Source of the DNA: Asterias rubens
Taxonomy: Eukaryota
Length of the DNA: 64,000 nucleotides
Reading direction: 5' to 3'
NCBI RefSeq assembly: GCF_902459465.1
Contig: NC_047082.1
Location: 12,276,001 to 12,340,000, forward strand
Shown here: positions 25,991-39,217 of the stretch, piece after piece
Layout: each line of letters starts with the position of its first letter
Position numbering within the stretch: position 1 is the first letter of the stretch
Notes under the pieces: generated by a model
Told to the model about the DNA's origin: nothing
What the model saw: the letters and a program-made list of their open reading frames with translations, nothing else
Databases searched by the model: none
Program-made: the position numbers and the translations under genes

Positions 25991-26868
25991 TTAGAACAAA
26001 GGCTCATAAAAGTTATTACAGATGTGACAGACGGACATAAGGCACGCTCAATGAAGCTGATCATAATAATACAAATTATACAAACTTTGCTTTCAGCAAC
26101 AATATCCCTTTAAGGTACAGTAAATTGGAGGACGTTCATGGTCAATAAATTGCAAAAATTGTTCCGTTTTGCTTTGTACCCCACTGGATATGGGTATAAC
26201 AAAACAAGTTCTGTTTACAACAAAAAATACAAAAAAGCCTTGAAATACATAAAATTAAATCACTAGTTAATTGATAAATAAATATATTTTAAGAACTTTC
26301 TTTAACATTTCAATTCTGGTTTATTTGTTTCTTCGATTACCTAAAACATAAATAGTTTACTTCAAACTTCAAATACTTTGTATTATAAACTGTACGCACA
26401 GATCCAACTCAAATAATAGGTGAAACACGTTTCACGTGCCATCCTTTTTTTTTTTCATACAATCTACCAAATTAGTACATGTATAGGAGTCCTATATTGA
26501 TGATGCACACACATTTATCCCATTCATATTTCCTATTTCAATGTTTTTTTCTTTTTTTATTTCGCTCATGAATTAAGTTTTCCAAAAAGTGCACGATGAG
26601 TATTAAAGGCAGTGGACACTATTGGTAGATACTTAAAATAATTATTAGCACAAAATTACTTCTTTCTCAAAAGCTACGTAACTTCAGAGGGAGCTGTTTC
26701 TCACAATGTTTCATACTATTAACCTCTCCCCATTACTCGTAATCATGAAATGTTTAATGCCAATAACTATTTTGAGTAATTACCAATAGTGTCCACAGCC
26801 TTTAAGGATTACAAAAGAGGAAGACTACAAAGATTAAATTCAATTGACGTACCTCTAGGAACCCAGAC

Positions 26869-29800
26869 CTACGGCCTTTGATATTTCAGAACATTTTCAA
26901 TTTTTACCCAACCAGATCTTGGCAAAATCACAGTTTTATCTGAAGAAAAAAAGATAGAAATAGTAGAAAGGAATCAGTAAAGTTATATTCTTCAAAAATT
27001 AAGTTGCAAACAAAATGCTTGTTTTATCAGTATTTCAGCAGATAAGTGTCAAAATGGGAGGTCATAATCAAACATCCTTTTTGTCCGGCAACTCAAACCT
27101 CATTGACTACAACAGTCTAAACAAAGGATGGTAATGAGCCGTTTGTTCAGAATGTGCTGGACTGTACCATTGTTATAGAAGAGTTTGCGGTAACACCATG
27201 TAATAATCTCTAAATGAGTTGGGGTGGTTCTAACTCAACGTTTCGCTCAGTATGCTCTGATCGTCTTCTGGTTCTTTTCAGAACCACCCCAACTCATTTA
27301 GAGATTATTACATGGTGTTACCTGGAACCACCCCAACTCATTTAGAGATTATTACATGGTGTTACCTGGAACCACCCCAACTCATTTAGAGATTATTACA
27401 TGGTGTTACCTGGAACCACCCAAACTCATTTAGAGATTATTACATGGTGTTACCTGGAACCACCCCAACTCATTTAGAGATTATTACATGGTGTTACCTG
27501 GAACCACCCCAACTCATTTAGAGATTATTACATGGTGTTACCTGGAACCACCCCAACTCATTTAGAGATTATTACATGGTGTTACCTGGAACCACCCCAA
27601 CTCATTTAGAGATTGTTACATGGTGTTACCTGGAACCACCCCAACTCATTTAGAGATTATTACATGGTGTTACCGCAAAATTTTCTATATCTTATCTCCA
27701 CTCTTCTATATCTTATCTCCACCATGCAGTTTCAAATCCTACTTGTACCATTGTTAATTTTGATTTTTCGTTCATAGCATCTGACGAAAGCTGCAGATAA
27801 TTATGTGTTACTAGTTGGTCATTATATTATCCTTTTAAGTATGTAAAAGTATGCCATTGGTATGTTAATTTACTTCTCTTTACCTATGCAAATAAGGTCT
27901 GATTTGGATGAATAGGCTAGTGGTTATCGTCCTGTGTGAACAGTAAGGTCAGTTTAAATGACCTATGCAAATAAGGTCTGCTTGGGTGGTTAGCTGCTCG
28001 TTCCCAAACCGATGAGTACCTACCCGAGTTTGATATTGGCAAACTCCAGTCTGCTTTTACATGTATTTGGTGATTCATGAAATGTGCCTGTAAAATGTCC
28101 ATTGACCAAATACTAGTTCAGTTTATACTTGCCTTTTACAAGAGAATAAGTAGCACCAGATTGTGTTACCATACGTAGCTTGATAGCTCCATCTTCAAGA
28201 TCTTGTTGATTCGTTAACGTTACTGACACAGTTTTAACATCAGCGACAAAATCAATCTCCGAACCCAAGTAGTTTAATCCAGTGATCTTTAAAAGGACAA
28301 ACAATAAGGAAGATTTTTACATCACAAAGATCAGAGGGCATTCATGAAAAAGACCTATCCAAAACGATCTGCCCCATTCCGTATTGACCAATCACAACCC
28401 ATTGTGCAACCAAATGTCTGACAAAATAAGGTCTGACATGCGTGCGTGTATGTTTGGTGCGCGCGACAGTGCAGAATGGCAATGGAGAGCTCACATGATC
28501 TTGCTCACATGAGCGCCATGGGCCGAGCCTAATGGATTGGTCTACTAGCTTGGTCCAAACATTTTAGTTGCTAATGACATTGTTTGAGCAGGTGTGTTGA
28601 CTCATCTCTATTATGGTGCAAAATAAAAGGATGGACGTCTTTTAACTCCAATAAAATGCCTTTAGTTTTTGGAACCGTTGAATTGTTTTAATCTATAAAA
28701 ATATAGATAATAATAATAATAATAATAATAACAAATTCTTATACAGCGCATTTCACAATAAACCGTATCAATGCGCTTTACATTAGTCCCCTGGTCATTG
28801 GGCTAATAAACATCCCTTAAATCTTTCTCAGCCCTATTAGGGAGTATACAGCCCCAAGCTGCCGTGGCGCTCCGAAGGCTTTTTCATTCACAATATCAAC
28901 CTCCACCCTCGCAGGTACCCATTTATACCCCTTGGTGAAGAGAAGCAATTATAGTAATTCTTGCTCAAGGACACAAGTGTCACGACGGGGGTTCCAACCC
29001 ACTCGGCCATGACACTCTACGATATATACAATAAAACTAACCTGTGAAAATTTCACTTCAAAGGGTAGTTGTAATGTTGAGATACTGATGAAAACCTGAA
29101 GCACTTTTTTCCAGCCAAGAAGAATATTTCTTAATTGGAAGACACAAGCTAAAAGACCTACCAGTCAGTAACACTTCTCAGATTCAAGTTTTTGGGGATA
29201 AAAACTTATATCTTTTCCCACAACCTTATTACTTCAAAGTGAAATGATTCTCAATTTCCTTTACTACAAAAAGCTGCTGACTTCTAATCAGTAAGTTTTT
29301 ATTACCGTTGATACTGATTACCAAACGTATACCTTCCCTTTAAAGCCATTGGACCCTTTCGGTAAACAGTATTGTCCAAGGCCCACACTTCATGTTTCAC
29401 AACTTCTATATCAAATAACAAACCTGTGAAAATTTGGGCTTAATCGGTCATCAGAGTTGGGAGAAAATAACGGGAAAACCCACCCTTGTATCTGCGCGTT
29501 TCGCCGTGTCATGACAAGTGTTTAAAATAAATCCGTAATTCTCGTTAACGAGAATTGATATTGTTTTACTGTTTTCTCAAAAAGTAAAGCATTTCATGGA
29601 ATAATATTTCAAGAGAAGTATTTTACCACTACCTTCTGTAAACACTAAGTTATTTAAGTTATTTGTAAATCTGTGAACTTTTTTTTTTTTTCTGTACCGA
29701 AAGGGTCCAATGGCTTTCAACCATTTGCATCAACAAGTTCTACCCTAGCAGGTACACAGTTACTCCTTGGGAATGAGCAGCGTATAAGTCAAATAAGAAG

Positions 29801-32800
29801 AAACTATAACTAAAATAGGAAACTTGCGGGTATAACCGCAATCTCTTTCGAGTAAGTGTTGGTCTCAACGTTACAAACAGTATACTCAGCTTGTCTTCAA
29901 ATGTTTTGCTAGAAAACACAATTTTTACTATGACCAGGACTCAAGCCCACACTCCAATGACTCGGCTTCCACATCTTCAGTCTGGTGTATTAGACCACAT
30001 GGCCACAATCAAAATTATCAGAAACACTCACGTTAAATGTATTTGTGCCATTGGGGAGATTGAAGTCAAACAGTAAGTATTCTTGATGAATCCTGAAGCC
30101 AGCATACCCAAACAGGACTGACTGGAGGAAGCCACCCATACCGGTGATGAAGTTAATAGCCCCTTCACCTGATGGGAACTCAGTCCAAACCTGTCCGTCC
30201 ATTAAAGAAAGAGGTCATATTAATACATCATTTTCTCTTCAACAACTCATACCTGTTATCTGAATTGAATTCTTTTTCCAAACATTGGATCCTTATCCTT
30301 TAATGGGATCAAGAGCAGACCAGGGACCAAATTATAGAGCTGCGCGAACAAAATTTGCTTAAGCACAAAAATAGCTCGCTTATTTTCACATGTTACTGGC
30401 CAAAATTTCATGCCATAATTGCTTGTGACTGGTATTTAGCCGTTGTTTACAACAGCATAACAATTGAGTGGAGTCTTGGCCGATAATCTGATTTTACTCA
30501 GCAAGGATTTTTTAGGTGAAGCAAATTTTGTGCTTAAGCAGCTCAATGAAAATTATCATAATAATAATAATAATTTTGGGGGCTAATCATCCTTAATCGC
30601 AGCTTAAAGCTAAATTGCGAAGGACGCGGCTACAACGCAATCAAGAAGCAGGCATGCAAGGGCGCCTTTGACTGCCAGCCACATCAACCCATTATGACAA
30701 CAGAGCACAGCCAAGATCAAAAGTGTTTGATTTTTCCTGAGGGAGGAAAACCGGATGTTCTGGAAAACCCTCGTGGCACAGCACAGCAGAGAACCAACAC
30801 ACAACTCAACTCACATATGGCCCCAGCCGGGAATCAAACCGGGGTCACCTTGGTGAGAGGCGAGTGCTTAACGCACAAGCCAATCGTGCTACCCAAAATT
30901 GGGCCCTAGTGCTGCCGACTGCCCAAACAGACTTCTCATCCATTAAGTTTCATGACCCAACAGGGTCAAGGTATAAGTATGCTCACTCACACGAGGTTTT
31001 CAATTTATAAAAGATTTTCCATTTGCTTTTTTTTTCAAGTTTTTAGAGTCCATCTTCTTGAAACAAAGTCTAACCACTATATTAAGGTCTAACCAAGCCA
31101 ACAAGTCAGTTATGGTTTGGTTGGAACAGCTACGGCACTATGGTTCAAAAGAACATGAAAAAATGCTTAACAGTTTCTGGATCAAGGTCGCCAAAGTGCA
31201 CTCACTCCTTGAGGCATCAAAACGCAACTTCCATAAGACCACTGTACAACATACATGAACTTACATGAAATGGTTGCTGGGTATTCTTTTGACTGCGTTG
31301 AAACATCTCATCTCTTTCTTGGAATGACCCCACATCACCGTAGCCAATGGAAAACATTGCCCAAGACATGGCAGGACCATCCGAGTCTGTTACTGGTTTA
31401 TAAATCTGGAGGTCTGAGTAGCGGACATCTCTCTCCATCTTCTGATTCAGAGGGAACCCAAGGAGGATGGCATCAGCTTGCTTTATTGACGTGCCTTTCA
31501 AGAGAAAAAAAGACATTTATAGTAATAGTAAAAATAACAGTAAAAATGCATTCTATGGATGAGCATGGATCTCAGAGCACTGTACTAGTATTGGTAATTA
31601 CTCAAAATAATTGTAGGCCTCAAAACTTACTTGGTATTGAGCAATTGAAAGTATCCACTATTGTAAGAATTGGCTCACTCTGAAGTAATATAGTTTTTCA
31701 GAAAGAGGTAATTTCTCACTCAACTATTAACAAGCTTCAGGCCTGGAGCCTTTTTTAGGCATCTGCAAGCACAATTTGTGCAACAGGTGTGTTTTTTCTT
31801 GTATTCTTTATTCTCAATGTTTACATGTTACAGAAACAGAGCAAGGCTCGGACTCATCCTAGGTCCTAAGATTGATCCTTAGTTGGGAAGAGTTTGGTGA
31901 AATCAATGGCAGAACACTCATAGTAAGGATCAAGCGTTCACCCGGTGGTCCTCGGTTGACTGGGAGCATATTGTGCCATAGCATCTTCTAAACCATTACA
32001 TTGGTGTGGGTTCGAATCCCCAGCCGTGACACATGTGTTCTTAAGCAAGACCCTTAACCATTGCTACATTCTTCGGATGGGACGTAAAGCCGTTGGTCCC
32101 ATGTGTTGTGTAATGTATGTATAGAACCCAGTGCACTTCTCAATAAGAGAAAGGGTTTGCCATGGCTGTGGCTGCTGTATGCACCATAGCACCTTGTAAA
32201 CCCTTATAAAAGGTGCTATAGTCTTTAAACATCCTCTACAACTCCACTTGCAGGAAAATACTTAGTGACGGATATGCGTGCAATAATAAAAATAAGAACC
32301 CACTATATCATTATTATAGTATTAGTTAAAGCTTCTACATTATAAACAGATCGTTGTCACTCTATGGATGAGCAGTTATTCTGCCCGGGATAGTCAGCAG
32401 CACTACAAATATGTCCTTGATCCAAATATAAGATTAGGGTCCACTGTTTGGAAAAGAAATTACTTGGAGATAACAGGTGTGAGTTGGTAAAGACAAAAAG
32501 GATGTATTATTTTGGCCCCTTTCTTTAATGGAGCTCTTCCGTAATAATGCAAACATATCCATTGACTTACCAATGGTATAGCCCTCAAATTCTGGATGGT
32601 ATTTGTGAGCATCACTGTAAAGAATAGCGAGTTTATCTGCAATCTCGGACCATGTTGATGGAACGCTAACATTGATCAACTTCCCTGCATACTCCGGTAA
32701 TCGAAGACTGAGTTGGGCTACAGTGTTGGTGTACACTGAATTAGTGACATTGGAATGGTACTCATCTGGTGGCATTACACCTGCAATTGACACAAAAACA

Positions 32801-35800
32801 GTTTATTTTTTGTCTCCATAATCTGTCTAAGAAAGAATGTTTTGAGGGCCTACAAAATATTATTGATGCCTCGGCATTATTAATTTTAACATTCTTGAGA
32901 ATCTGTATCGGGTTGTTTTTTCTTCAGAGGATGAACTGCTAGTTTGAGATGCTGGCATAGTGCACTGTTTTCTCCCCATTTAGTGGAGTGCACGAAACAA
33001 CACTGGAGATCGGACTTACCATGGATGTCATACAGTCCTGTGGCACTGTTGAACACCACACGACTTTCCCAATATTTGGCCAAATCTGCTATCATCTCAT
33101 AACCACGACTGTTTCTCAAAAAGTCCACGTCCGCCGTGACACTAAGATACTGCTCGACAGCATATGCTATATCACCATTGATGTGAATCTCTTGTAAACT
33201 GTAGATATCTGCTGGGCAAACTTCCGAACCTGTGGTTTAAAAGTAATAAAAAGATACATACAGAGTCATTCTTTCAATTCACTTTCTAACAAATAAATGT
33301 TAGAATCAATCATGTGTACACTTTGTGTTACAAAGACACTTAATGAGCAACAGATAAATATTCGGCAGATCTTGTATTCAACACAGGTACGTAGTCGACG
33401 AAAAGGTTCAATTTTACTTAAGTTTGTCACAACTAAGAGTGGACTAATATTTTGGGACATTAGGCCTATACGACTTGTGACTTGAATTGAGCAAAGATGA
33501 CTTGGTTACAACACTGTTGAGATAACTGCTACATCATTAGTATTTCAAATTGTTAATCATAAATTGGATCTAAATAAAAGTGTACCTGAAAATGCCATCT
33601 CCCATGGAAACTGAGCTCCTTTCCATCCTCTGGACTTGGCTAGACTCTTGGCAGCATCCAGCTGATATGATCGAGACTCAAGCATTACCCTTGCAAGCAA
33701 TGGATGAAACATCAATATAGGAGGATACATCCAAGTCTCTTGGTCCCAGAAGACGTGTCCAAAATAATCTAAACCCGAGCCGCCATGGGCTAGTCCCCCT
33801 GGGCTTAATCCGTAGAAATGAAAGGGGAACTCCTGATCGTAGTAGTTGAGGGAAGGGAGTGAACTGAGGATGTAGTACATACTCCCATAGACTTCTTTGG
33901 CTAGATTCAAATCATCAACTTCAACGCGTCCATGGTTCCATTTCTCTTCCCATGCCTTTACATGGTCAGTATGCAACACTCCTGATGTAGCCAGCTGTAC
34001 ACCGTGGGCATACAGTTTTGAGGCTGATGTTTGATTGAGTCCAATTGCTGTGATGAAAGTCCAAAGTTTGTATTTTTCATCAGCTGGTAAAGACAAATGG
34101 TTTGGAATGGCTGTCCAGTTGACGGCGATTGATACAGTACAACTTTCACTTGTTTCTGATTCGACAGTTTCGCCAATCATCATCCTGTCACGACCAAAAC
34201 AATTGGGGAATTCATTCAAGTACGGTAAAAACGTTTACAGTATAAAATCATATTAAACTTAATTATTGAGTTTTATATAGTGTACGACATGTAGACGTAC
34301 CAATAAGCTGCTCAAGAAACATTTTTTAAAGATTTATGTAGTATCAGTACCTTTATATATACTAACCAGCACCTTGAGTACCTTGTTGGTAGAAACGTGT
34401 GCTGCAGTGCACTCAGCTGCCCCCAGGTCCAAATTCCAGTTGAACCTAGTTAAACTGGGTTTAACTGGAACTAGTTGAAACCAGTTGATAAACTAGTTAA
34501 ACACAGTTAAAACAAGTTGGTTTAATATGGAAAATGGACAGAGACCAACTGGTTTATAATTTCAACCTAGTTGAACACAGTTAAACCTAGTCCAAACCAG
34601 TTGGTTAATATGGAAAATGGACGAGTTTGATCACTATCCAGTTGAACCAGTTGACCCCAGTTAACTGTTAACTAGGTTCAACTGGAATTTTGACCTGGGC
34701 CACTACACCAGAAACATGGCGTGAACCCCTTCTGTTAGTGATTAGCGTTCCAAACATTAACCAAAGTTGACCGTCAAGACGGCATTAATCAGGAACCACT
34801 GTACCTATGGTTTTACAAAGCAGAGCTTAAAGCCCAATTTATACTTCCCGCAAATGCTTATTGCGATGCGAATTTTATTGCGTCACAAAGGGAAATTGAG
34901 TGCGTACCGGTTGTTGGGTCACCAAAATTCGCTTCGCATTCGCATTCGCAGGAAGTTTGAACCAGGCTTTATGAATCTTTGCTGCAAGGTCGATCATAAC
35001 CAAATATTAGCGGCTGCAGCTATCTTAAAGCTGGATCGTTGCATCATGTGTTGTAGTATGAGATACCCTTAGAAACAGTCAGAGGCCCAGCCGTAGCCCC
35101 CAATCTGGATAAAGCCTAAGCATCTCAAAGACACTGGACACTATTGGTAATTGTCAAAGACCAGTCTTCTCACTTGGTGTATCTCAACATGTGCATAAAA
35201 TATCAAACCTGTGAATATTTGAGCTGAGTTGGTCATAGAATTTGCAAGATAATAATGAAAGAAAAAAACACCCTTGTCACACGAAGTTGTGTGCTTTCAG
35301 ACCTGTCAGATGCTTGACTTTGAGACCTCAAAATCTTATTCGGAGGTCTTGAAATCAGATTCGTGAAAAATTACTTCTTTTGTGAAAACTACATCACTTC
35401 AGAGGGAGCCGTTTCTCACAATGTTTCATACTATCAACATCTCCCTATTACTTGTTTTCAAGTAAGGTTTTATGCTAATAATTATTTTGAGTAATTACCA
35501 ACATTGTCCACTGCCTTTAACAGCAATTACCCCAGCAATGAAATATCCCAAGAAGAAAGCAAGTTGAAACCAACATTCTTTTCAGAACCACCCAAACTCA
35601 TTTAGAGGTTATCATTATGGTGTTACTGCAAACCTTTTATACTATAAAGCCATGAAATACTTGACTAGTATAGACGATGTGACATGACATGTCTAAAAAT
35701 AGCCACAGAGCCTGGACTTGCTGCAGGCAGGATTTGTACACAGCTCGAAAGAAGATAACATAAAATCTTATATTTTATGGAGATTGCACTTTCTAATTCT

Positions 35801-38756
35801 TATCAACGTTTTATGATAAAAGGGGCACATCTCAAAACTTGTCCAGCTTTTACTTTTATAACTCTTGGTTTTTTTGTGGAAATTCTGACACAAAATGTCA
35901 CCTTTCCCAAGGGACCAGTGTTGTATCTTGCCTGCCAGAATACTCTAAGAATGTACAAGGTCACACTTATCATAAACAAAGTTCACATGGTCTATAGATA
36001 CTTGAGATGAACTAACCTTGTGTTGTCATAACTAACCACCTCTCCAAACTCCACATCTCCGCTTCCATTTCTAGTGTTGTTAGTTAACATGAAAGTAATG
36101 GGTCCTGATACCTGCCCAGTTCTCTGAATGGCTATTTCATTGATAAGTATGTAAGGAAATGTCTGATGAGCATAAAGACGCTGCTCAACCAATGCTACTC
36201 CAGTATCAATCCGGTGATAGAATGTTCCTGTGAGCCAATTAAAAAACAAAACGGGACAAATAAGGATAATTTTTTTTTCTTTTTTTTTTTTAAACTGGTT
36301 TAGTTTTTTGTTCGGCTTGTAGGCCAGCTGGTCTCTGTTTTTTTACATAATTTCCATTCACAATTCTACTTTAATTAGGAACTGTTTTAATAATCTGGGC
36401 CAATTTCATGGCTCTGCTTTTCCTAAGCAACTAGTTGGCTCAATTGCGGAAGCAGGGAATTCTTTGCTTACGTCAAGTGTAATTATATGGGTTAGCAGGG
36501 AAATTTGGCTTGTGCACGTGCGTACTCCGTATTACTAGGAAATCTAACGCTAACACAGCTAGTGCAGAAATTTGGCGCTTACAAGGTGCTGTGGTGCAAT
36601 ATGCAGCCATTCAAACCAGGATCTTCTGTGACGAACCCCTTCTCTTTTCGATAAGTGTACTGGATTCTTTTACATGGGAGTGTCGTGGCCGAGCGGTTAA
36701 GAGCACCGAATTCAACTCTGGTGTTTCTGATCAGCAGAGTGTGGGTTCGAATCCCCAGCCGTGACACTTGTGTCCTTAAGCAAGACACATAACCATTGCT
36801 TCGTCCTTCGGATGGGACGTAAAGCCGTTGGTCCCATGTGTTGTGTAAACGCATGTGAAAGAACCCAGTGCACTTATCTAAACGAGAAGGGGTTCGCCGC
36901 GGTGTTCCTGGCTGGATTGGCAGCATATTGCGCCACAGCACCTTGTAAACCATTACCTGGTGCTTAAGGATTAGGTCTTATATCTAAAAATTTGCCCCAC
37001 TCCTTGCAGTAATAATACCTGGTACTTTGTATCCTTTGGCAAAAGGCGCGTTATAAATATGGTTATTATTATTATTATTATTATTATTATCACACAACAC
37101 ATGGAACCAACAGCTTTACGTCCCACCTGACCGACAATTGGTCTTGCAATAAGGACACATGTGTCACGACTAGCACTCGACCTTACACTCTGCTGAAGAG
37201 AAACCCATAAGACAGTAAGAGCCAGATCTGGTGCTCCTATCTGGTGAATTCATACAATCTCTTAATATTTTCAGGGATTTTTTTATAATACAAAACACAA
37301 TGTCTACAGATTGTCATTAAACTTACATAGTTTAATGACAATGAAGTAGAAAGCTTCCCTTAAAATACTGAGTGATGTAGTCCTATAGAAATTAGAAACA
37401 ATGTCACAAATAATACGCAAAAACAATTTTTATCTCACTGAAATGAAAATTATTTTTGTGACTTGATTTACTCATTTCTCAAAAACTACAGCACCTAACT
37501 ATTTTAAGGAAGCTTTTCTACCATCTTTTACTTCAAACCATGTAAGCATTATGTAAACATTTGGACATTGTGTTTTGTGTTCTACAAAAAGTACCCTGCT
37601 GTCTATTTCACCAAACTCTTCCTAACTTCAGACTTATCTTAGAAATTGGGTTGAGTTTATTTCCGTATCTAAAGACGTTAGTGTTATATTCGGGAATAAC
37701 TGGAGAGTATTCGAGACAAGATGTCTGCCTTCATGAGCATGTTTACATGTGCTTTAATATGAACACTTGAGGGTGTTATAACAATAGTGCGGAGGCATTA
37801 TCCTACAGTTAGGACGTATTGATTTGAACCCATCCTAAGTTAGGATTAATCCTAGCGTTTCGTGAAATTGGCTGCAGAGTGCAGACCCTTTAAAGCTTTT
37901 CTTACCATTTGTAACACTCAAAGAGTAAGATTGTTTCTTGATAGCAGTTTTTGAGCTGACTGTGATAGCTGCTGTGGATGGAATCCTTGCTCGATGACTG
38001 TTACCGCCACGACCGTTGTAAATGCCATTCACATAGATGGTATCGCTATAGACAACTGTTGCTAGGTAACCATTGCCAACTGTTGGTAAACAACATTGCT
38101 CCGATGGCAGGCTGAATAATAAAAAACAATCAGCAAAGTTAAAAAGGACTTGAAGCACAAACATCAACAATGTGTGTACTTTCCTATTTAAAGACACTGG
38201 ACACTATTGGTACGTAATTATCAAAGACCAGTCTTCTCAGTTGGTGTATCTCAACATGCCGTAAAATAACAAACCTGTGAAAATTTGAACTCAATTGGTC
38301 ATCAAAGTTGCGAGAAAATAATGGAAGACAAAACACGCTTGTCACATGAAGCTGTGTGCTTTCATTCAGATGCTTTGATTTTTGGACCTAAAAATCTAAT
38401 TCCGAGGTCTCAAAATCAAATTCAATTAATTAGTGGAAAATTACTTCTTTCTCAAAAACTACATTACTTCAGAGGGAGCCGTTTCTCGCAATGTTTAGTA
38501 CTATCAACAGCTCTCCATTGCTTGCTACCAAGTAAGTTTTTATGTTGACAATTATTGTAAGTTATTACCAATAGTGTCCAGTGTCTTTAAAGTACAATCT
38601 GGCAGCGGTGATTGTGACTTACCTAGAGGACTCGAAAACATCTGGTCGTTTGGAAATGTCTGCGTATTTGTCATTGCATGGGCATCCAGCATCGGAGAAA
38701 ATGAAATGGCATACACAGAGATTGACCAAGAGTGTATACAGGTTTGACACCATCAT
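26869..38756 (-). CDS. PGGHG: Protein-glucosylgalactosylhydroxylysine glucosidase (ATHL1, GH65), 727 aa, with N-terminal signal peptide
   Basis: Exons (minus): 38756-38623, 38111-37906, 36227-36017, 34184-33586, 33229-33020, 32780-32571, 31494-31265, 30190-30032, 28286-28133 and 26939-26869; all phases join. Motifs PTVGNGYL, NGIYNG..HRARIP, LSPGGL, GHVFWDQETWMYP, EIHINGDI, GVMPPDEYH, KQADAILLGFP, NFITGMGGFLQ, ILPRS. The last intron is GC-AG. Confidence 0.93.
27175..27685. mobile_element. Palindromic MITE-like element whose right TIR is amplified into a minisatellite
   Basis: Left arm TAGAAGAGTTTGCGGTAACACCATGTAATAATCTCTAAATGAGTTGGGGTGGTTCT; right end ...GGTGTTACCGCAAAATTTTCTA. A single-unit fragment lies at ~35580-35630. 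Confidence 0.7.
27281..27674. repeat. 44-bp minisatellite, 9 copies
   Basis: GAACCACCCCAACTCATTTAGAGATTATTACATGGTGTTACCTG starting at 27281, 27325 ... 27633. Only two single-base variants; no spacers. Confidence 0.97.
28705..29010 (-). mobile_element. SINE-like element (reverse) with (TTA)n tail
   Basis: (AAT)n followed by ACAGCGCATTTCACA...GCAGGTACCCATTTATAC...TCTTGCTCAAGGACACAAG..., the reverse of a tRNA head and body. Confidence 0.55.
29340..29720. mobile_element. TTAA-flanked MITE family 2 (AGCCATTGGACCCTTTCGGTA TIR)
   Basis: TIRs at both ends. Relatives at 15308-15650, 38851-39217 (complete, TTAA both sides), 57800-58110 and 16200-16430. Confidence 0.75.
34422..34699. mobile_element. 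MITE with ~32-bp TIR and internal AACTAGTT/CCAGTT repeats
   Basis: CCCAGGTCCAAATTCCAGTTGAACCTAGTTAA ... TTAACTAGGTTCAACTGGAATTTTGACCTGGG. Confidence 0.65.
36675..37090 (+). mobile_element. Full-length tRNA-derived Deu-type SINE
   Basis: A box TGGCCGAGCGGTTAAG, B box GGTTCGAATCCC, core CGGATGGGACGTAAAGCCGTTGGTCCC...GGGGTTCGCCGCGGTGTTCCTGGC, (TTA)n tail. Confidence 0.82.
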
Positions 38757-38850
38757 GTTGTCCAATCATGAGAGCCTGTAGGGAAGAATTAAAAAAACAG
38801 CTACAACAACCACAGTAAAAATGTTAAACTTATTTTGGATTCAACTTATT

Positions 38851-39217
38851 TTAAAGCCATTATACACTTTCGGTAAACAGTATTATCCAAGTCCCACACT
38901 TCGTGTATCACAACTTACATAAAATAGCAAACCTGTGAAAAGTTAGAGTCAATCGGTCATCGGAGTCGGGAGAAAAAAACGGGAAAACCCACTCTTGTTT
39001 CCGCGTGTTTCGCCGTGTCATGACATGTGTTTCAAATAAATCCGTTATTCTCGCTAACAAGAATTGATATTGTTTTAATGTTTTCTCAAAAAGTAAAGCA
39101 TTTCATGGAACAATATTTCAAGAGAAGTCTTTTACCATTACCTTATTTAAACCCTGTAAACTATTTGTAAATCTGTAAACTTTTTGTTTCTGTACCGAAA
39201 GTGTATAATGGCTTTAA
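38851..39217. mobile_element. TTAA-flanked MITE family 2, complete copy
   Basis: TTAA-AGCCATTATACACTTTCGGTA ... TACCGAAAGTGTATAATGGCT-TTAA. Confidence 0.85.

Noticed and set aside
27281-27674. CRISPR-like regular repeat array
   Set aside because: The units are contiguous with no unique spacers, there are no cas genes, the context is a eukaryotic intron, and the unit derives from a MITE TIR.
28088-28132. Nearest acceptor giving a 45-nt GC-AG intron in PGGHG
   Set aside because: The intron is implausibly short and the resulting peptide has no similarity to orthologs; the exon at 26939-26869 fits better.
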